29,900 bases of DNA from a virus (taxonomy: Duplodnaviria > Caudoviricetes). Below are positions 8,697 to 15,490 of this stretch, one piece after another. The position numbers were made by a program, and so were the translations under genes. The notes under the pieces are model-generated. The model ran no database searches. It was not told the origin of the DNA and worked only from the letters and a program-made list of their open reading frames with translations. Positions within the stretch are counted from its first letter, which is position 1. The number at the start of each line of letters is the position of its first letter. The DNA lies in IMG/VR virus record IMGVR_UViG_3300022177_000077, positions 1 to 29,900 of that record; one strand, written 5' to 3'.

Positions 8697-9205
8697 CCGT
8701 GAGCCCTGACTTTGCTGCTGTCAGTAAAGATGACCCGACTGACGCAGTGTTCACGGTAACAGGGGGAAAGGTGACGCTTACTGCCCTTAAAAACGGAGTG
8801 TCAACTGTAAATGCGGAGAATTACACTTATTCCGATGCAACAGACAGGCTGACAATTAAGGGTACTTATCTCGGCACGCTGACTGCAGGAGATAAGACTT
8901 TCACTTTGGTTACGAATGTCGGAGATTTTGAAGTCGAGATATCGGTGGTAGACACCTCTCCAACAACTGACACCTTCAGCAAGGCGGCTGCGGATGACAT
9001 AGCAGTTACGATCACAGGGACAACAGATCTGATCCAGGTCAAAAACGGCAGCGCTGTTTTGACCAAGGATACCGATTACACTGTGGCTGCCGGCGTAGTT
9101 ACCCTGAAGAAGGAGTATTTCTCCGCGCAGGAAAACGGAGACGTTGTTATCACATTTGTAACCGGAGTGGGAAGTTTCACCTGTACGGTAACTGTGGGAG
9201 ACTAA
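8687..9205 (+). CDS. Tandem X2/Ig-like domains, probably a frameshift extension of the major capsid protein
   Basis: Two ~83-aa repeats (LKNGVSTVNAENYTY..LTIKGTYL / VKNGSAVLTKDTDYTV..VTLKKEYF) resembling CBM_X2; no RBS before GTG 8699. Confidence 0.8.
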   Translation: MGVTVSPDFAAVSKDDPTDAVFTVTGGKVTLTALKNGVSTVNAENYTYSDATDRLTIKGTYLGTLTAGDKTFTLVTNVGDFEVEISVVDTSPTTDTFSKAAADDIAVTITGTTDLIQVKNGSAVLTKDTDYTVAAGVVTLKKEYFSAQENGDVVITFVTGVGSFTCTVTVGD

Positions 9206-9240
9206 AAGAGGAAGGGCATTTGCCCTTCTTCTTCTTTTTT
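9206..9240 (+). terminator. Intrinsic terminator after the capsid extension
   Basis: GAAGGGCA/TGCCCTTC stem followed by TTCTTCTTTTTT. Confidence 0.75.
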
Positions 9241-9257
9241 AGAAAGGAGAGTGGCAA

Positions 9258-9584
9258 ATGCCTCTTAGTATCGAAGACATGAAGATATATCTGCGGGTGG
9301 ACTCAGACAATGAAGACAGCCTGATTGAAGCGCAGATGTTGGCCGCTGATAAGTACATATCCGGAAAGTTGAGCAAGAATCAGGTCTATTTGAGTACCGG
9401 CGAGGATGGAGTGAAGGTTTATGGGCCGCTTGCAGAAGATGTCCTTTACCAACAGTGCATAAAACTTATGGTTGCACACTGGTATGAAAATCGCGAAATA
9501 GTTACAGCAGTAGCATCAACTGGCATACAGCATACCGTGGACGCCATCCTGACGCATATTGAAGGCTGCGGTGACTATGTATGA
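9258..9584 (+). CDS. Head-tail connector (HK97 gp6-like)
   Basis: KIYLRVDSDNEDSLI, KLMVAHWYENRE. Confidence 0.93.
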   Translation: MPLSIEDMKIYLRVDSDNEDSLIEAQMLAADKYISGKLSKNQVYLSTGEDGVKVYGPLAEDVLYQQCIKLMVAHWYENREIVTAVASTGIQHTVDAILTHIEGCGDYV

Positions 9585-10222
9585 ACCCTGGAAAACTTGA
9601 TCAGCGTATAACAATTCGGTATTTAAAAACAGTCGAAGACTTAGAGAACGAGGGAAATCCCCCGCAAAAAGTATTGACTGATCTTTGTACTGTCTGGGCG
9701 GAGTTTGGTAAACCAAAAACTACGTCAGATCTGCAGAATGGGGGTTTTTCTTCCGTTCTGACCCACACTGTCAACATTAGATATAGAGATGATGTGCAGA
9801 TGAATTATCAGATATTTGTCGGGACAAAAATATATAAAGTGCTTCACGTTTATCATACGGACCGTGAGATCACAACGCTTATATGTAAGGAAATCAGCCA
9901 GAATGATCAGGCTCTAAAAGAATTAATCAAAGTATATCGCAAGACCTCAGTACGATCTTCCGGAGGAGGCAGGGAAGAGAACGAAGTGTTTATTTGTCAC
10001 CTTTGGGCAATTGTGACGGTGATCACCAGTGATGATAAATTTTTTGCGATGAAGGATTCAGAGGTAAGAACACACGAAGTTCGTGTTGTTTTAACAGATG
10101 AAGAGCCTTTGCAGTATGGCGACATTCTTCACTGGCGAGATATAAAACTTGATGTCAGAGGGCTTATTCCTGACCATGAAATAGGACTCCTTATAGCAGA
10201 ATGCGTGTGTCGAAATGACTAA
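9581..10222 (+). CDS. Head closure protein (SPP1 gp16-like), two tandem domains
   Basis: MNPGKLDQRITI..TVWAE..IRYRDDV..LICKE, then a second similar unit LKELIKVYR..HLWAIV..THEVRV..GDILHW..AECV. Confidence 0.85.
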   Translation: MNPGKLDQRITIRYLKTVEDLENEGNPPQKVLTDLCTVWAEFGKPKTTSDLQNGGFSSVLTHTVNIRYRDDVQMNYQIFVGTKIYKVLHVYHTDREITTLICKEISQNDQALKELIKVYRKTSVRSSGGGREENEVFICHLWAIVTVITSDDKFFAMKDSEVRTHEVRVVLTDEEPLQYGDILHWRDIKLDVRGLIPDHEIGLLIAECVCRND

Positions 10223-10619
10223 AGTTATTGTCTGTAAAGGAGAAAAGGAAGCGCTTGAAGAATTAAGAAGGGCCGCTGAAGGAGGCAGGTTAAAAGATGC
10301 AGCACAAAAGGCGGTCGATGATTGCATTATGATCGTGGCGGAAGAGGCAAGACGCAATGTTCCGATCGATACAGGAAGACTAAAGCGATCCATAAAAACC
10401 AAGAGAAGTAAAAATGTTACATGGGGAGCGGTATTTTGTGATTATCCGCAGCCCCAGCGTAAAAGAAAGAGAGAAGGGCAAAAGGAGTATTATGCTTTTG
10501 CCGTGGAATATGGAACAAAGTCACGCAGTGCAGATCCTTTTCTTCGCCCTGCTGTTGAAAAAACAGAGGATGTTGTAGAAGAGAGGATGGGGAAAGTGCT
10601 GAAAGAGGTGATGCCTTGA
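10215..10619 (+). CDS. HK97 gp10-like neck/tail component
   Basis: ARRNVPIDTGRLKRSI, YYAFAVEYGT, PFLRPA. Confidence 0.92.
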   Translation: MTKVIVCKGEKEALEELRRAAEGGRLKDAAQKAVDDCIMIVAEEARRNVPIDTGRLKRSIKTKRSKNVTWGAVFCDYPQPQRKRKREGQKEYYAFAVEYGTKSRSADPFLRPAVEKTEDVVEERMGKVLKEVMP

Positions 10620-10981
10620 GCTCTTTGGACATTATCATTGAAATTGACAATGCCCTGAAAGGTATTCCGGGCATTACGGAGATTTACGATCTGAAAGCGC
10701 ATAAAGATGCTGTCTGTCCATATATAGTCGTCGACCAGATAAGACGGCATGAAGGGCGCCTTATGGACGACTCAGAAAGAAAAAGTTTTATTGACATTCA
10801 TCTATGGACAGATCCAAGTTTCGTTGGTAAAAAGAAATGCTGCGAGTTTGAGGCACTGATAGAGGCAAAAATGAAGACGCTTTCAAGGGATTACTTCCTG
10901 GACGAAAGCGTCTTCATTATTGATGAAGAATCTTCCATGCCCCACCTCGTTATGACATTTCGAACCTACGACAATATTTAG
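10616..10981 (+). CDS. Tail terminator/completion protein
   Basis: IYD..PYIVV..IDIHLW..HLVMTFR pattern; position before the tail tube gene. Confidence 0.75.
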   Translation: MSSLDIIIEIDNALKGIPGITEIYDLKAHKDAVCPYIVVDQIRRHEGRLMDDSERKSFIDIHLWTDPSFVGKKKCCEFEALIEAKMKTLSRDYFLDESVFIIDEESSMPHLVMTFRTYDNI

Positions 10982-10998
10982 AAAGGTGGTTGTAAGGA

Positions 10999-11748
10999 AT
11001 GGCGAAAATTGCAGCAAGAGGCAGCCGGGTATATATTGAAATTGCAGGTGTGCCGACGCTTCTGCCGGCGCTTAAGGACTGGGCTCTCAATACAACGCGC
11101 GGAACGATCGATGTTTCCTCGATAGAATCTGACTGGAAGGAGTTTTTGGTTGGACAGGCTGTTGCCGATGGAAGCTGCAACGTCTTTTACGATCCGGATG
11201 ATCCCGTTGCAGAGGTGCTTGAAGATGGCATCTGGGAAGGGACGCCGATCAAGTTTTACTACTACCCTCAGGGAGTTGGCAGCGGAAAGAAAGTATATTC
11301 CTTTACAGCGATGATCACGGGATGGAATTTCTCTGGTGCAACAGAAGATGCCGTAGGATCCGCTGTTACATTCCAGGGAACCGGCCCTGTATCAAGAACT
11401 GTCCAGGGAAAGTTCGCATCACTTACCACTTCGCTGACGGGAGACAACAACGACATAACACTTGTTGCTAAAGCAGCAGGGACTGCCGGCAATGACATCA
11501 AAATCAAACTGGTGGATCCTGCCTCAGCAAGCGCCTCGATGTCGATCAGCGTCACCAACAAGGTCATTACAGTTAATCTGGGGACAGATGCGACATCAGA
11601 CATCGTAACCACAGCAGCAGGGCTGGTTATTGCCCTGAACGCGCACGCTGATGCCTCTGCGCTTGTTACCGCATCTCTCAAGACGGGAGAAACAGGGGAC
11701 GGCATTGTTACGGCACTGACAGAGACTGCTTTGACCGGAGGTGAATAA
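10999..11748 (+). CDS. Major tail (tube) protein with extra C-terminal domain
   Basis: IDVSSIESDWKEFLVG, FYDPDD, FTAMITG, VTFQGTGP in residues 1-135; ~110-aa Ala/Thr-rich extension. Confidence 0.88.
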   Translation: MAKIAARGSRVYIEIAGVPTLLPALKDWALNTTRGTIDVSSIESDWKEFLVGQAVADGSCNVFYDPDDPVAEVLEDGIWEGTPIKFYYYPQGVGSGKKVYSFTAMITGWNFSGATEDAVGSAVTFQGTGPVSRTVQGKFASLTTSLTGDNNDITLVAKAAGTAGNDIKIKLVDPASASASMSISVTNKVITVNLGTDATSDIVTTAAGLVIALNAHADASALVTASLKTGETGDGIVTALTETALTGGE

Positions 11749-11750
11749 GT

Positions 11751-12104
11751 TTGTTTATACGCCTGGCAGGAGAAGAGTATGAAGTAAGGTATCCCTTCTG
11801 GGCCTGTAAAAGGCTGGAAGAGTCCATGCCCGGACGAACGATATCATCCTTTATCAGAGACAACGGCCTGAGGGCGGCAACAGGCGACATATCATACAGC
11901 GACATTGTTTCGCTTCTTTGGGCCGGCATACTCCATAATCAGAAAAAGCAGATCCCCGGCAAAGATAAGATAGCAATGCTGCTTGATGAGCCTGACACTA
12001 CCCCGATCTATGAATTCCTCCCCGAAATGTTCGACGAGCTCTGCCGATCTGTAGAAAGTAAAGTCAGAGTACCGGAAGAGGAAAACGAAGAAGAAAAAAA
12101 CTAA
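11751..12104 (+). CDS. Tail assembly chaperone (gpG-like)
   Basis: GGAGGTG RBS + TTG; lies between tube and tape measure genes; ends EEKN at a slippery site. Confidence 0.85.
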   Translation: MFIRLAGEEYEVRYPFWACKRLEESMPGRTISSFIRDNGLRAATGDISYSDIVSLLWAGILHNQKKQIPGKDKIAMLLDEPDTTPIYEFLPEMFDELCRSVESKVRVPEEENEEEKN

Positions 12105-12430
12105 CACCGGAGGACACGGAGCTGGGGTTTCAGCAGTATCTGCTGTTTGCTCTGGGTCCTCTGGAACTAAGTCATGAGGATCTTTGGCGCGTCACTATCG
12201 GTGAGCTTAATGACCTGATCATCGCACGCAGATATAAAGATTATCTTGAAATGCAAAAACAAGCCCAGTTTGCACAGTGGCTGATGAGCTGTTGGGTTAA
12301 GAAAGCCCCGTCTGTACAGGACATGGTCGGAGTTTGGGATGAGAAACTCATGAGGCCATTGGGGAACCGGGAAGCTTATGAGATAGCAAAGGAAAGAATC
12401 AGAAGCAAAAAAAGAAACAGGATCAAATAG
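12095..12430 (+). CDS. Tail assembly chaperone -1 frameshift extension (gpT-like), absent from the ORF track
   Basis: A AAA AAC (12095-12101); -1 frame is open LTPEDTELGFQQYLLFALGPLELSHEDLWRVTIGELNDLI...KRNRIK to TAG 12430. Confidence 0.85.
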   Translation, partial: KKLTPEDTELGFQQYLLFALGPLELSHEDLWRVTIGELNDLIIARRYKDYLEMQKQAQFAQWLMSCWVKKAPSVQDMVGVWDEKLMRPLGNREAYEIAKERIRSKKRNRIK

Positions 12431-12483
12431 GCGCTGCCTCTGTCAGGGGGCAGCGTTCGGCTTTATTTGAAGGAGGTGCGGAC

Positions 12484-15087
12484 ATGGCGGCAAAGCGCAA
12501 GCTGCAGTATGTTTTCGGTGCGGATATTTCTGAAGCTGAGAAAAATTTCAAAAAGATGGGGAATGTCATCGAGCGTACCGGAAAGAGAATGCAGAATTTA
12601 TCCGGTACTATTACCAAGCTGTCTGCCCCCCTTATTGCGATCAGCGGGATAGCTACAAAGATTGCTCTGGATTATGACAATGCCGTTGACGTCATAGCGG
12701 CAGGGACAGGTGCCACCGGACAGAATCTAAAAAGACTTGAGCAGTCATTCAGATCTGTTGCTAAATCTGTTCCTCAGAGCATGGCCGAAACATCCAAGGT
12801 CATTGCCGATTTTAATACAAGGACAGGGGCTACAGGAAAAACTCTTGAGGCTCTGTCTGTTCAGGCTCTTGATGCTAGCAGGCTGCTCGGTGAAGATGTA
12901 AGTTCTGTCGTTGCAGAATCGACCAAGGCAATGAACGACTGGGGCGTTTCTCTGGACAACAGTTCGGGATTCCTCGATAAGATCTTCCTCGCTTCACAAA
13001 AAACCGGCGTGGCTATGACAACTCTTTCCACACACGTATATAAATATGGCTCAGCGTTAAGGCAGATGGGTTTTGATGTTGACAGCACAATTGCCACACT
13101 TGCCGCATTTGAAAGGGCCGGCGTCAATACAGAACTTGTAATGGGATCGCTCAGGATAGCCCTGGGGAAACTTGCGAAAGCCGGCGCGACCGATCTTCCC
13201 GGAGCATTAAAGGCAAGTATTGAAGCGATAAAAAGCGCAAAGACGGGCGGAGAAGCAGCCGCTATTGCTATTGAAACTTTCGGCAGCAGGGCGGGCGCAG
13301 ATATGGCAGCCGCGATCCGTGAGGGGCGTTTCGAAGTAGACGAACTTGTAAAAGCCCTCATGTCAGCAGAAGGACAAATCGCACGAACAGCACAGGAGAC
13401 CGACAGCTTTGAAGAAAAAATGGGACGCTTGAAGAATCAGGTCTCGCTAACGCTGGAACCTCTTGGAACTGCCATTTTGAAAGTTGCAGAAAAACATATG
13501 CCAAAACTGAGCAAAGCCCTGGATAACATGAACCTTGAGGTAGACCAGAGCAAAGTGGAAATAGGGCTCTTGACCGCTGGTTTTGTTGCAGGAACCTTCG
13601 CTATCGGGTCATACATTGCGATCGTGGGAAGCGCAATAAAAGCACTGGCTGCTCTAGAAGCGGCTCTGGTAACCAACCCTGTCGGAGCAGCTCTCCTTGT
13701 CGGCGCAGCAACTATCGGGACCGGATACATGTTAGGCAAAAATCTAAATAAATATGTCAACAGAAATAAGCCAACCTATACTCCATACGTCCCAGGGCAG
13801 GACAGCACAGGGATAGGAGATCTGCAGGAAAGAATAAAAAAAGCTGCAGCGGGTGAAGACTTAAAAGCCTTTAATCTTGATTCTTTTCTTTCGTCATTGC
13901 CGAAGACAAAAAAAGTTGAGACACTGGCCGGATCCGGAGTAAGCACAAAAAAAGGGAAATCTTCTGCAGCCGATGCTGCAAAGAAGGCAAGAGAAGCTGA
14001 GGAAGCTCTTGCTAAAGCGGCCAGGAAAGCCGGTGAAGAGGTCGCTTTTGCAATAGAGCGAATGGAAGCCCAAAAGCAGCTTTCTCTTGAAATAACAGAT
14101 GCCGTAGCCCAGGGAGAAGCAAAATTCTATGAGGATATGGGATGGGAAAATTCCATGGGTCTGTTGGGCGATGAAGAATATTTGTCGCTTCTTAAAGACA
14201 GATTTATTGAGCTAAGGGGCGAGCTTGAAAAGATTGGCAGTGACATGTCCAATATTGCCAACTGGAGCGAGCCAATGAAAGAGGCATTCGCTGAAATTCA
14301 AAACAAAGGCGGAGATATCGCCGCAAAGTCCATTGATTCATTCAAGGCTCAGATGGAGGCAGGAACAATTACCGGAGCTGAGTATGAATCGCTGCTTATC
14401 AATATAATGGACAAATTTGCCGAATACCCTGCGATTGTAAAAATGGCCAGAGACGAACTGGAAGCGTTCAGGCTTGGCCAGGCTTCGGCACTTGCAACCA
14501 CTGCCAGCCAGGTTAAAGCTGCCTGGGATGACATGCGTCAGTCAATAGCACTTGTACCTAATGCGATTGGAGATGCTTTTGTGTCGGCGATCCGCGGATC
14601 TGAATCTCTCAGCGACGCACTCAATAAAGTACTTGCGGATATTGGTGCCGTTATAGCGAAGGCATTTATTATGAAAATGCTGTTCGGGTCGTCTGGTACA
14701 GGCGGAATTTTAGGCCCTATTATCGGCTGCCTGGGTATCTTTGGAGACGGCGGCGTCTTTGATCAAACCGGGGTAACTGCGTTTGCTTCCGGAGGGATCG
14801 TCAACGGTCCGACCCTTTTTCCTCATGCTGGTGGAATCGGATTAATGGGTGAAGCTGGACCGGAAGGAGTCTTCAAACTTAAACGCAACGGCAAGGGAGA
14901 GCTCGGGGTTATTGCAAGCGGTGAAGCGTCATCTCCGGTAATTATAAATGTCCTGGATAAAGGGGACCTGGAACAGGTCACATATGAGGCAATGACCAAG
15001 TATCCCGGATCTCAGATCGTAACAAACCATGTATTGAGGCAGCGGATCGAGCGCGGCAGTTTGGCATTTGGAGGTGCAGTACGATGA
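12484..15087 (+). CDS. Tape measure protein
   Basis: 867 aa, Ala-rich helical; C-terminal FASGGIVNGPT..GEAGPEG motif. Confidence 0.95.
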   Translation: MAAKRKLQYVFGADISEAEKNFKKMGNVIERTGKRMQNLSGTITKLSAPLIAISGIATKIALDYDNAVDVIAAGTGATGQNLKRLEQSFRSVAKSVPQSMAETSKVIADFNTRTGATGKTLEALSVQALDASRLLGEDVSSVVAESTKAMNDWGVSLDNSSGFLDKIFLASQKTGVAMTTLSTHVYKYGSALRQMGFDVDSTIATLAAFERAGVNTELVMGSLRIALGKLAKAGATDLPGALKASIEAIKSAKTGGEAAAIAIETFGSRAGADMAAAIREGRFEVDELVKALMSAEGQIARTAQETDSFEEKMGRLKNQVSLTLEPLGTAILKVAEKHMPKLSKALDNMNLEVDQSKVEIGLLTAGFVAGTFAIGSYIAIVGSAIKALAALEAALVTNPVGAALLVGAATIGTGYMLGKNLNKYVNRNKPTYTPYVPGQDSTGIGDLQERIKKAAAGEDLKAFNLDSFLSSLPKTKKVETLAGSGVSTKKGKSSAADAAKKAREAEEALAKAARKAGEEVAFAIERMEAQKQLSLEITDAVAQGEAKFYEDMGWENSMGLLGDEEYLSLLKDRFIELRGELEKIGSDMSNIANWSEPMKEAFAEIQNKGGDIAAKSIDSFKAQMEAGTITGAEYESLLINIMDKFAEYPAIVKMARDELEAFRLGQASALATTASQVKAAWDDMRQSIALVPNAIGDAFVSAIRGSESLSDALNKVLADIGAVIAKAFIMKMLFGSSGTGGILGPIIGCLGIFGDGGVFDQTGVTAFASGGIVNGPTLFPHAGGIGLMGEAGPEGVFKLKRNGKGELGVIASGEASSPVIINVLDKGDLEQVTYEAMTKYPGSQIVTNHVLRQRIERGSLAFGGAVR

Positions 15088-15488
15088 CAGTACCGGCAAT
15101 TACAAAATATAACGCTGCCGAATTGGCAACGATAAGCATACCCTCATACTCGGTTCTTGAAGTCAACCAGGAGGATATAGCGGTGGAATTTACATCTCCA
15201 TCGCGATTGTCCCAATGGCTGTACGTTGATGCTTTCCTTGGGAACTCATGGTCATTGACCATCCATGCTATGACCGGTACAGAAGTAACAACTATGAAAA
15301 CGTTCTGGGAGAATCACAAAGGACGTGTCATTCCGTTTAAATGGGTCAACCCGACAGACGGATCAACTTATTATGTCCGTTTCAGTTCCTCCTCGCTGCT
15401 CTTCCAGCGTATATCCAAAACACACTGGAGCTGCTCATTTCTTATCAGTGAGGCGCATCCGTTGGAGATAGAGGTTTCGGGGGTGTAG
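15084..15488 (+). CDS. Distal tail protein (lambda gpM-like)
   Basis: FWENHKGRVIPFKWVNP..YYVRF; follows the tape measure gene. Confidence 0.75.
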   Translation: MTVPAITKYNAAELATISIPSYSVLEVNQEDIAVEFTSPSRLSQWLYVDAFLGNSWSLTIHAMTGTEVTTMKTFWENHKGRVIPFKWVNPTDGSTYYVRFSSSSLLFQRISKTHWSCSFLISEAHPLEIEVSGV

Positions 15489-15490
15489 TA

